Made by a program: the position numbers and the translations under genes. Under the pieces are notes generated by a model. That model was not told the origin of the DNA, did not search any database, and saw only the letters and a list, made by a program, of their open reading frames with translations. A stretch of DNA of 63,481 nucleotides, the filler included, from Blastocystis sp. subtype 4 (lineage: Eukaryota), in NCBI RefSeq assembly GCF_000743755.1. It is 3 parts of 3 records of this genome, joined end to end, with 100 filler letters (N's around TTAATTAATTAA, not from the genome) between each part and the next. Parts side by side here need not be neighbours in the genome. Positions count along the whole stretch, not along the records: positions 1 to 21,021 come from NW_014569356.1; 2 more parts are not named here. One strand, written 5' to 3'. Below, piece after piece: positions 1 to 12,311 of the stretch; position 1 is the stretch's first letter; the number at the start of each line of letters is the position of its first letter.

Positions 1-2130
1 AAGATGATGTTGTTATTGATGTTAATGATGATATGAGAATGAAATGGATTGATGATTGTGAATTGATTGTTACTAGTTGTATTGAATCTCTGATTATTGG
101 TGATGATTTCATTCCTGATATATCATCATTGATACTGAACTATTCATTGATATCATTGAAACGAATTGAGATTGGAGATGGTTGTTTTAAGAATGTGAAT
201 CAATTTGTGATTGATGGATTGAATGAATTGGAGACTATCATAATTGGAAGGAATGAATTGGAAACTATTATTGGAAGAGAAAATTTCAAACTCATTGGAA
301 GAGAAAATTTCAAACTCGATTATTCCAATAGGTTCGGAAGCAAATGTATGATAATGAACTGTGATCAATTGAGTGAAATCAACATTGGAAGAGGTTCATT
401 CCATCGTTATGAGTTATTTGAATTGAAGAATCTTCCTTCTCTCATATCCATTCAATTGGATGGTGGTGCATTCTTTGATTTTCATTCAGTGGTATTTGAG
501 AGTATGAATGATTGAATGAATGATGAATGAGATTTGATTCGACTTCAGTCCATCAATCTTGGATTTCAGACCCTTGCTGGTGATTATTATACTGTTGAAT
601 CGAATGAGTTGATAATGAAGAGTATGATGATTGATTGATTGATTGATTAGATCTTCCTTCCCTCTCTACATTCAAAGGAGTTGGTAGCAATCTCGATGGT
701 ATAACCAAAGTGATATTGGAGAGTGATGATTGACGACTGAATTTGAATTAGACATTCCATCACTTACTGAAGATGGAATTCAATTGATGCCAAGTGCATT
801 CATTAAAGTAAGAGAATTGACTTGTTCAAGTATGATTGATGGAGTACTGATTACTGAGATGCTGACTCTCTTGAATATTATATCACTAAGAATATTCGTC
901 GTATTACTCCTTCTGAACACGTATTGTCTCTTCATCCATCAGTATTCTGGATATCGAAGATCAATCAAATGAAGCAGATTTCTAAGTCTGTTAAATCAAT
1001 TATGATCAAGGGAAAAGTAGGAAAGGAAAACAATTCATTCAAACTTTCCAATCTCTCTTCTCTTGTTACTCTTGAAATAGGAAATGAGGCATTCCAGGAG
1101 TGTCATTCGATAGTATTTGAGAGTATGAATGATTGAATGAATGATGAATGAGATTTGACTCGACTTCAATCCATAATTCTTGGATCATACTGTCTATATG
1201 GTGATAGGAGTACTGTTGAATCGAATGAATTGATAATGAAGAGTATGAATGATAATGATGATTGATTGATTAGATCTTCCTTCCCTCTCTACATTCAAAG
1301 ACAACTTCGATTTTATAGGCAAAGTGAAATTGGAGAGTGATGATTGACGACTGAATTTGAATTAGACATTCCATCACTCACTGATGAAGGAATACAGATT
1401 CGATATGATGCATTCATTAAAGTAAGAGAATTGACTTGTTCAAGTATGATTGATGGATTGATAATGATTGAGATGCTGATTCTCTTGAATACTATATCAC
1501 TAAGAATAGTCATGTAACTCCTTCTGAACACGTATTGTCTCTTCATCCATCATTATTCTGGATATTAGATGCCAGTCAGATGGAACAGATTTCTAATTCT
1601 GTTGAATCGATCATTATCAAAAGAAACATTGGAGAGAAAAACAATTCATTCAAACTTTCCAATCTCTCTTCTCTTGTTACTCTTGAAATGGGATATGAGG
1701 CATTCTATAAGTGTCAAACAGTAGTGTTTGAGAGTATGAATGATTGAATGAATGATGAATGAGATCTGACTCGACTTCAATCTATTACTCTTGGACGTTG
1801 TGCTCTATGTGGTGACAGCACTACTGTTGAATCGAATGAATTGATAATGAAGAGTATGATGATTGATTGATTGATTGATTAGATCTTCCTTCCCTCTCTA
1901 CATTCAAAACAACTTCGATTTTATAGGCAAAGTGAAATTGGAGAGTGATGATTGACGACTGAATTTGAATTAGACATTCCATCACTCACTGATGAAGGAA
2001 TACAGATCAGTTATGCATTCCATGGGATGAAAGAATTCATTTGTTCAAGTATGATTGATGGATTGATAATGATTGAGATGCTGACTCTCTTAGTCGATTC
2101 ATTCACCATCATAGAAGAATTACAGACTAA
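1..2130 (+). CDS. Leucine-rich repeat protein of an expanded family; 5'-partial, multi-exon, with a frameshift in the last repeat unit
   Basis: Exons encode LxNLPSLxxLxL-type repeats separated by about 30-nt GT-AG introns. Three tandem ~610-bp exon/intron units. In-frame stop TAA at 2128-2130; TGTTTGTT at 2170. Confidence 0.75.
502..2100 (+). repeat. Tandem ~610-bp duplication of an exon-intron block (about 2.6 copies)
   Basis: The identical intron gtatgaatgattgaatgaatgatgaatgag recurs at about 502, 1123 and 1734, and the flanking exons are near-identical. Confidence 0.9.
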
Positions 2131-2375
2131 CATTATTAAGAATTGGGAACAATTAATCTAATATGTATTTGTTTGTTGCACTAGTATTCATATGAAATAA
2201 CCGTTACTAATGAAGATTATATCTCCTTTATTAATTACACAAGAATAAAAGATCATTATTTGCAATGGAGTTTTCACAGTTATTACCAATATGAGCTCAG
2301 AAGACTGCTTCCATCATTCTGACAGCTCATTATCACAATCGCTAACTCTTGGAGGGAGCTGTGAACAAACACAAC

Positions 2376-4197
2376 AATGATATCTACTATACACTCTTTC
2401 AACTTCTGCAATATCCTCTTCAGTCATACTATTTCGTTCTCCTAACTTGTAAACATATGCCTCGAGTTCCTTTCTCTTGTTAGGATCAGTCATAGTAGAA
2501 CAGATTGCATATCCCTTATCTTGTAATGCAATAATTGTATCGAACATCTTCTTATACTCTTCTTGACGATATGTGACATCTGCTAAGTCTTGTGTAAATC
2601 GAGTCACATCCGCTTCAGAGAATACAGTCTGACTACTATTCCACTGAACGAGCTGACCACTATCTTTGTCAACCACTTGAAGACTGAGATTTCCATCTTT
2701 GTTCATGGTAAAAATAACTCCAAAACGATTCTGACCAGCAGGCTTTGGAGTTACTCCAGTAACGGTGAGTGTTTGAAGCCTTCGACAGTTGTGGACATGT
2801 CGATGGTTCCCTTGGAAGATCGATATAGAGACTTCAGTCATATTGTCACGATAGTTTGCAAGATTAAACTGAGAAGAAAAAGGAAGAATTGTCCTTCGAG
2901 GGATAACAACTTTAAGAATACCCTCTCCGACTCCAATTCCAATGTCTGAGGGACAAGTGACACTCACATCAATATGTCTCATCTTCTTCGGTTCTAAAGG
3001 ACTTGGTGGTTGAGGAATGGGACTAGGAACAGATATATCCAACCCATTGGTACTTTCTCCAGTCAGGAAATATCCATACTTGGCAGCACCATAAGCAACA
3101 CATTCATCAGGATTGATAGACTCCTTCAGCTCTTTGTGATAATGCTCCTTCAACATAGAATGAACCAAAACAAGACGACTTGATCCTCCTACAAGAATGA
3201 TATCATCTATATCGTCTGGTGTCATGTATAATGATTGAATAAGTCGATCACAGATAGCAATAGAACGTTGAATCATTGGTTTCAGTAGAGTATCCATATC
3301 ATGCCTTGTGAGATAGTAATCGTTAGCACCAACTGTAACAGATGTTTCAGAGATACTCATGAGTTGCTTCTTAGCTTCTTCACAATTAAATCGAACTCGT
3401 CCCCTTCGTTTTGGGTTTAATTTTTCCCCTGTATCCTCCTCATATCTCTTGATCATGGAATCCATCAACAGGGTATCGAAATCACTTCCTCCAAGGAACA
3501 AATCACCATCAAGACCCAATTCCTTGTACTTTGTTCCAGTTACACTCATGATTGTCACATCGAAAGTACCTCCTCCTAGATCATAGATCATAATGATCTT
3601 TTCCTTGTTATCAGAAGATATATCATTCTGATCAGCATAAGCATAAGCAGCAGCAACAGGTTCAGAAATCACTGCAACAACATCTAAACCAGCAATTTTT
3701 CCAGCATCTTTTGTTGCCTGTCTTTGATATTGATTGAAATACGCAGGAACTGTGATCACGGCTTTACGCATATCAAATCCAGCAAATTTGGCCACAATGC
3801 GCTGCATTTCCTGAAGGATTGAAGCACTAATCTCTTCAGGATATTTTTTAATCTCTTGATCTCCTTGTTTCACACATATCTGAGGCTTGTTGTTACCATC
3901 GTCAAGGATTTGAAACGGAACATACTTCTTCATTTTCTCAACAATGGGATCACTGTAATTCATTCCAATCAATCGTTTGCATTCATAAATTACACCATCC
4001 GAATTACTCTTCATTCGGTCTCTCGCTGGTTTTCCTACAACAAAGACAGGTTTCCCACTTGGAGGATAAGCAACGTAAGATGCAACTTGACGCTTTCCTG
4101 CATTGTCGACAGCAAGCTCAACCTTCCCATTCTTTACAACACCAACAACTGAGTTTGTTGTTCCTAAATCTACACCAAAGATATTAGCAACACTCAT
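2376..4197 (-). CDS. Divergent intronless Hsp70-family protein; stop probably completed by polyadenylation (genomic ORF runs on to 2314)
   Basis: Motifs GVDLGTTNS, TVPAYF, SEPVAAA, YDLGGGTFD, LGGSDFD, LVGGSSR, NPDECVAYGAA. Confidence 0.92.
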
Positions 4198-4305
4198 GTA
4201 TAATGAAAGGTTCTTATTGCCTGAATCGCGGAATTTTGGTATTTCCTTTAAGACAAAGTGATGTTAACTGGAACAAACACTCAGTGCAACGGCAATATTT
4301 TCTAA

Positions 4306-5161
4306 TTAGGGATTTAAAATGTATGCAAACTGTGGATGTGCATCCTTCACACAATTCATACATAACTCTAAGCCCTTGTTATCAAGACAAATAGGAATCT
4401 GAAGGCTATTTGCTTCACTTTTAAGCCTTGATAGAATGATTAGAACGGAGGCTGAGATTGTTTCAACATCCACTGACAGACTACAATAACCTTAAGTAAG
4501 ATTCAGTAAACACTCTTACGTGTACAAATACAATCCAAAAGTAACACTGCATCGTTGTATAGACAACTATTGCCACCTTCTTCTAGTAAGCGATAGCACC
4601 GAGTGTAAGGACAAGGACACAACAATCGAAAACCTAACAGCTTTAACACCGTTCGCATCAGTGTTTTGACATGATTACTGTCCATGTGATAGGTTTCCAG
4701 GAAGTAGTTACAAACCGATTTCTATAGTAAATACATGGATCCATTTTTACATAGGAGATACGTCGATTCCGTAAATCTCCTACACTTTCGGCCAAATAGA
4801 AGCATAACCAAGAAAGTCCCTCAAGGATCCCCGTATCCACTTTACGTACAGATAGTATCCTGTCTACATAATTGGCAGCACGGAAAACTACACATCGGGG
4901 ACAGTGTAGGGTAATGGAATTCTATTGTCAAGGAAAAAGAGTACAGCATACTGTTATCAACCAAGTATAGATACTCTCTCGATAATGAACAAACTTAGGA
5001 TCATTCTGAACAAACGTTGCATAATCTTCCAAAGGATGATAGGAAAGACCCAGTGGATAATCTGCATTAGAAACACTCACATCGTCTGATGAAAGTGATT
5101 CCATGCTATTCCTTCGGCCTTCAACGGAGAAGCATTCCTCACGTTCATCATACAAAATCAT
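4306..5161 (-). CDS. Cyclin-like protein (divergent cyclin box)
   Basis: Spliced product contains RESIYTWLITVC...IMDRILS...LSWLCFYLAES...MRTVLKLLGFRL, which resembles cyclin-box helices. The 3' end is uncertain. Confidence 0.5.
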
Positions 5162-5323
5162 TGTGGTGCATGCAAAAATCGAAAGATTATAGTATCAAAG
5201 AAATGGGGACTCTAATTAAAAGATAATTAGGGTATTGAGATTAAATGGGTTCTATTTCATACAGATTATTTTACATCAATAGGGCCTTATGAATGTAATT
5301 AAACACGTGCAATAAACCAGATC

Positions 5324-6675
5324 CTACTCCATCTTTTCGTTCTTTCTTGCAATAATTCTCTTTATAGAGTACCACCTATGTATCACTGTTCATTATTGCA
5401 TCAACATATCGATCAAGGTGCTCTTTATCAGAAGAAGCAAAACACCAACAATGGCACAAGTAATAAATACTCTGATTGCTAGCATATAATCCAAGAAGGC
5501 AATAGCAGCCAACAACAACATGACGCAAATCAAACGAATTGGAACTGTCCAATTGGACTTCGTTGGTACAAAAACATAGATTGTGAAGAGAATTGCAAAG
5601 AACGTAAGGATAATCCTATAGATTACAACTGAAAACAAAATCAACTCCATTCGATGAAGAAGAATCCACTGGACAATTTGATCTTTTGTAGGTACCATAG
5701 ATGCTACAAAAGAACTAACTTGGGTGGATGTCTTCTGGAGCGTTATGATAAGGATATTCCAATATTCGACAACAATTGGAACAAGTCTCTGATAGAAATA
5801 GACAAAGAAATCATAACCCCTAATCGCTCATGCATATTCCTTGATTCTACCGAATTACCGTGTGAACTACGAGAAGGATAACAGCTGAACAAACGCGGAG
5901 AATCGGAAGAACAAGATATACAGAAATGTAGTTAGCATACCATCTACACATCATCTCTATCCTCCATCCAAACGAATAAGGAAGTAAGTAAGAATTTACA
6001 GGGAGAAGAATGACCATTGTTAATAGGATTCCCGTGAGAAGAATCAATCCGTTGATGAATTGACTACAATGATAAGAGAAAGAAGCAACAACTCAGGGAA
6101 GAAGAGAACAAGAAGCGTTAGTGCCAAGCTCAAGAGCAGACTCGACCAACATAAGGCTATCCATCATACGCATAAGAGGAGCTTACATGTCGTAATGTGA
6201 GCATCAACAGAGAGGGGGTTCAGTTCATCTTCGTTGATGAACGAATAGCACACCCGTTGGAAAGGCGTAGCTACAACAGTTACAACATTTCGATCTCTCT
6301 TGGCATCAATTAAGTGGCCAAAGAAGTCAAGATCCGGTCTAGTGACAATACAGAGATAAATCCTACATCAGAAATCCATACTTAACAGAAAGCAAATCTC
6401 CCATCACATTATGTCTTCCATCCACATTAGCTACAGAGAAACGATCATGAGACGCAGTCATCTCAATAATTCGGTCTTCAAAGGTATGCATAACATTCAC
6501 TTCGACTCCAAAGCAAATCTTTTCGCTTGACCCTGCAGGGATCTACAAAGTCATGAAGAGACCACAAAGCAACTTTGAATTCCTGCGAAACTGTGAATGG
6601 AGTCTTATAGAATGAATAGCAACCAAGCAGGATAATAATTACCAACTTTGCCACACACAGAACCTTTGTACACAT
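5324..6675 (-). CDS. Hypothetical multi-pass membrane protein
   Basis: N-terminal hydrophobic helix, a soluble region, then several hydrophobic exons joined by short introns. A PDLDF motif is weakly reminiscent of Gaa1. Confidence 0.55.
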
Positions 6676-6785
6676 CCTAGTTTTGAAAACCTTATCGATT
6701 TGCCGAATTCTCCAGTATTTTCTCTATTCACAATATTGATACAATTATTGTTCTATTCAGTTTCTCATTAACTACGCAGTTTTCA

Positions 6786-8493
6786 ATGAGTACTCATCGA
6801 CCCAATGAATCAAAGCATCCAAATTTCCCAAAAGATAGTGTATATTTCAAATCTCGTTTACCACGTAGGTTTTATCTGAACTGTTAGCTGCTGCAAAGGA
6901 ACTGAAGGAAGAAAAGACGGATCCTTTAGACAGATCAACAGAAACCACACCTCCAGTTCAGATTGTGCAGAAACGAGGACGATGGGATGACAGCAGTGAT
7001 TCAGAGGAAGAGAAGAAAAAGAAAAAGAAGGACCGAAAGAGAAAGAAAGGTGAGGATGATCTTTTCTTTTCATGATAAGTCGTTCCTGAACAACCTCTTG
7101 TTACCGTTGCTATGCCAGGTTCAGTAAATGCAGTGGATGATTACTATGCATCACATCCCTTGCTCGAATTGCCTCCCGAAGAGAGCGTACCTGTTTCATC
7201 ACAAGATGAAAAGATGGAGACTCCAGAACCAATTCTTTCTCCACCGTTAATCGAACCAGTGATTCATATGTGTCGGTCTGTAAATAAATACCGAAAGATT
7301 GCCAGATTAAACGAAGGATCGTATGGAATTGTCTACAAAGCACAGAATATAGAAACAAATGAAGTCATCGCCTTGAAACGAGTTAGAGTGATTATTAGGT
7401 GTTATGTAGATTAAATTCAACGAGAATGTAGTTCTTCAAGAAGCATTCCCTGTAACTGCGTTACGTGAAATCAACAGTATGCCAAGAATCGGTGGTAATA
7501 TGTAGTTATGCAGGATCTTTCCCATCCTAATATTCTTAATGTTCAGGAGATGGTCATTGGTGACAATATTAACGAGGTATATATGGTGATGGATTATATT
7601 CCATACGAATTGGGTCGTGTTCTTCATACAATCAAAGCGGATTTAACAGCAAGTGAAGTCAAGACATTACTATATCAGTTGCTCTCAGGACTTGATTATA
7701 TGCATCGCAAGTGGTATTTCCATCGGTAAGATGAATGATTCTATTTCGAGTCTAGAGATCTTAAATCCAGTAATTTACTGTATAAAGATGGAGAGCTCAA
7801 AATCTGTGACTTTGGTATGGCTCGACGATTTAGCAATCCTCTCTCTCAGTACACACAGCACGTTGTTACACTAATTTATCGTGCTCCAGAACTTCTACTG
7901 AATCCGCAAGAGGATGTACGCTATCCTCCTTCAAGGAAGATTCTCTACGATTCGAAGGTGGATATGTGGAGTGCTGGGTAGAAATACTAGGTATGAGTGA
8001 TAATTAGGTGTTTATTCTATGAATTCATCACTCGACAGACTCTGGTTCAGCTGAAGGAAGGAGAAGGTGAATTTGATGTACTAATGAAACTGTTTCGTGT
8101 TTTAGGTTATCCAGGAGTAGAATTACACGATTGTTGTGAGTGTAGGATGATTGTCCAGTCTTTAAAGATTCTCCTTACAAGTCGTCTTTTGGTAATTGTC
8201 AGCAATATTATTGTAAACTAAGAGAGATCATCCCTTCAGCTCCACTTCTTGTATTCATTTATTAGCACCATCATTACTAGGGAATGCGGTATCTTACTAA
8301 TAATGGTCTGGATTTGATGCTTAAACTTCTTGCGTTTGATCCAGATCAACGAATATCTGCAGAAGATGCTCTCAAGCATCCGTATTTCCGGGAGAATCCT
8401 CCCATGAAAGTAGTTGTTCAATGAATCACTTATGTATAGAAACCAGATGAAATGCCTGTATTCGATGAACGGTTTAACGAACGGGGACTGTAA
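6786..8493 (+). CDS. Cyclin-dependent kinase, CDK10/CDK11-like
   Basis: [26 protein letters not shown] (PITSLRE-like), [24 protein letters not shown]; charged N-terminal extension. Confidence 0.88.
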
Positions 8494-8540
8494 CTATCAT
8501 TTCCTCTTTGTTTTCAAACACTTTTCGAATAGGGATCATT

Positions 8541-11500
8541 ATGTTCCTTTTCCTTCTTGAGTTCTTACTTTTCTCCCTATCTTCGGGTGAAACAGTGTAT
8601 GAACATCGGTAGTAGCCAAATTCGTTTCTTACTAATAGGAATCGTTATTTGGATCATCTCAAGGGGAACCGACTTGTTTTTCACAGTGAAAAGGACAATC
8701 TTGTAGGAATGGATACTATTCGTAACAAAAGACAATCAACTTGTTTCCCCAGAATCGTGTAACATTTCTGGAGGATAACAGTGATGAAATTCAGTCTGTT
8801 TATAACTTGTACACTGGAAACAAGTATGATGACATCGTCTTCGGAAAAAATAGCACATTCAACGATGAACAGATCTATGGAAGCTATGGCCATTCGGAAA
8901 TCTATATTTCCAATTCAGTTGCATCCTTTCATTCGTTGGTATTACGAGTTTGGATAGTTATTTTATTTTATTCATAGGCAACGTATGAATGCTGTGAAAT
9001 GCTTTCACGAGAACACTATCTTCACGCTCTCCAGAGTGCCTTCAAAGATGTGAATTTTATCTATCAATTTAACAGTATTCCTACATTTCGAAAGGTTGCT
9101 ATGACACTGGATCTAAGGATTTGTTCTATCCATTTTTGTGATCACTTTTCTCAAGACTCATTATCCTCTTACACTCCTCGTTCATCTTATCGTTATTCTG
9201 TTCCGTTTTCAGAAATATCGGACGTAGTTGTTCCATCAACATCTCAGTGCTAGACTCAACGACTCTCTATCAGTGAGGAAGTTCGTAATCTTTTTCTCTT
9301 TGGATACAATCATTATCTCGAAGATGCATTTCCTGCTCCTCAGCTGAATCCTCTCAATTGTGGTACAGCTCGTTTCGCCCAAGCTGATATTCCATTCATG
9401 ACACTGATTGATGTGTTGGATACTCTCCATGTTCTTGATTATGATGATGCTTTTGTGGATGCTGTTCAGAAACTTAAGTATCTATTCTTATCATGTTATC
9501 ACTAGTTCGCTTCGTGACTTTGATTTCGATGAGAATGTGAGTGTTTTTGAAACTACCATTCGTGTATTGGGTGGTTTGTTGTCTGCTCATATGATACTGA
9601 TCGATAATAGTACTATTCTTCAGTCCTACAACAACCGTCATCATCTCCAAGGAGAGAAAGCTATCTCTTATGATGGACATCTCTTGAATCTTGCTGTGGA
9701 CATTGGAAATCGACTCCTCAATGCATTTCAGGATAATGGTCTTGCTTATGGAACAGTGAATCTTCGATATGGTGTTCCTATGAATGAAACTCCAATTTCT
9801 AGTCTAGCTGGGATTGGATCGTCATTACTGGAGTTTGCTGCTTTATCAGCTCTCACCAATAATATGACCTATCTTGATGCTTCTCGAAGATGCACAGAAA
9901 TGTTGTTCTCCTTGCGAAATCCTTTGGATATGCTTGGAAAGCACATAGATATCAAGAATAAACAATGGACAGAGGTATAAGAGATTAATTGAATTCATTG
10001 TAGTATGATTCATGTTTTGGACGAAATGGTGACAGTTATTATGAATATCTGTTGAAAGGGTACATATTACTAAATGACCCCCAATTATTGGATATGTTTA
10101 CAACCCTCTATCATTCCTTTGAAGTCTATACACGATCTGTCAGATTCATTCTTCTTTCTCATATCTAGCATACAGTGTTCTGGTATGGAATTAGTGATCT
10201 GAAAGACTCTTCACTGTTACGTGATGGAAGTTATTCATTATCAGCCTTTTGGCCAGGAATCCAGTTCCTTTATGGTGATTATATTGGAGGAAAAACCACA
10301 TTAATGCGATTCTTATATGCTTGGGATCATTTTGGGTATCTCCCTGAGTACTTCTCTGTTATGAGTCAACAACCAATTCGTGGTGGTGAAGAGTTGAATA
10401 TTGAGAATGGAATGATTTGTAGTTATCCATTACGACCTGAATTAATTGAGAGTATGATGTACCATGATACTGTCTTTGGCAATGGAGAAATGATACATTG
10501 GGGGAGAATGATCTTAGAACAGCTTAAGAACACTATGACCAAAGTACCTTATATTTATGCATTCAATTTAGTGTGGCTTTGCTTCAATTAAGAATATCTT
10601 TACAGGAGAGTTAATTGGTGAAATGCCATCCTTTGTACTCTCTGAAACTTTCAAATATCTTTATCTTCTTTACAATAATGCATGTTCAGTAATTCCATAT
10701 TATATATAGCATTCTCAATTCCGAGGACGTGATTATCTCTTCACTACAGAAGGTCATGTATTTAATATTAGTCATATTCAAAGGAATTCCAGAATTCAAT
10801 CAGTTTTATTTATCTTGGTATTTTCATTTCTAGTATATTCGTGAAGTTAATGCTGTGTATGAAGAGGATGAGAGTTGGACATGGGATTTACGTTGCTCAG
10901 CAGAATATGCTAGTGATTATTATGCACTGATTCGTCATTCTTTCCCTTCCTTAAAAAGACATTCTTTCTGTGCTCTTTGTTATGATTATCCTGCTCCTTG
11001 TCATAAGCCGTTAGTGTTCGATCAATGCCCTGTAGTGGATGATCGACTTATTTTGAGTACTTGGTATATTTATGAAGATTTTGTTTACTATGCTTATGAC
11101 AATACAACATGGAATCAACTATGGTATCCTCAGAAGGGAAGTTTTCCTTTGGAAAGTACTAGAAGCGAATCTGAAACTAATGTGGTCTCAGTATCATTGG
11201 ATGGAAAGAACAGTTTTGAGATTCCTGCAGATTCATTGGATAAGCTAATTGCTTTGCTTACTCAAGCAGGGCAACCATTAACTGATGATTCTCCTGAACA
11301 GCGAATGGCTCGTAGACAGGCAAAGAAGGAGATTCGAAAAATCCTTGGATTGAAACCCAGTTTACCAGATCTCAAATCAAATTTATCAACTGAAGCCACA
11401 TGGAGTAAGAAGCACATGCTCTCCCCTTCGTTGTCCGTAAACGTAACATGTCAAGTGAATGATTCTTGTTCGTTCAATAATACTCTGTTCGTGTAATCAA

Positions 11501-12129
11501 ATTGACTAATCCCTAGAAGTCTTTTGTCTCTCATACCTATCTCTCCAACACATCTCGTCTCTGTATCGACCTTGTTCTCAGTGAATGAAACTCATGTCAT
11601 AATGGCAGATCGACTGGATGATGGATCAGTTAGTCGATATGAATGTGTATTGAAGCTTCAAGTGACCAATTTCATTCAATTTATTCCCTGTGTGCTTACA
11701 GATTCGCTAATTCATCTGCATTCTGATGTTGATTCAGTACTTGAAGAAGGATCAGTCTCTTTAGTAACATCTACAGAACTTATAATGAACAAGGAGAACA
11801 GTTCTCTTAGTATTCCTATCCAGTCAACATACTCTCAGTGTAATGCCTCAGTAATAGCAATTGACTCATTACGAAAGATTAAGAAATTATGGGGCATGTC
11901 GCAGGCGATTCAGACATCTTTGCATGTGTCTATCGTAGTGAAATCAGTTCAGTCACAATATCCATTTGTAGAATGGAGGAATAAAAGTGTATTATATCAA
12001 GATGATGTGTATTCTATTGCTCTTCTTCATAGTATGGTACAACAACATGGAGTCTTCATTGGAAGGGAGAGTGACTATGATGATCTTGTTTTGTATATTG
12101 AAGATGTTGAGACTGCCAATGTAATTTAG
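8541..12129 (+). CDS. GH47 alpha-1,2-mannosidase, EDEM-like, with signal peptide and long N- and C-terminal extensions
   Basis: FETTIRVLGGLLSAH, DSYYEYLLK, YPLRPELIES, SETFKYLYLL, FTTEGH; hydrophobic N-terminus. Confidence 0.88.
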
Positions 12130-12311
12130 GGTTTATTGTTTTGGGTTATTCATAACTTGTTTTTTATCATGCCAAAAATCGGGGGTATTATGGTTCAAGA
12201 GAAATCATAACTAAATAAAGAGTACTTGAACTCATAAACTTATCCAGAAAGGATACTAAGGGTAGTTGTGTAGAACTGATATGACTAATTTCATTAGAAT
12301 AAGGTATAACA

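Noticed and set aside
4272..4290. Poly(A)-made stop for the cyclin-like gene
   Set aside because: The base 4 nt before the motif is not an in-frame T or TA, and an encoded TAA at 4306-4308 is available.
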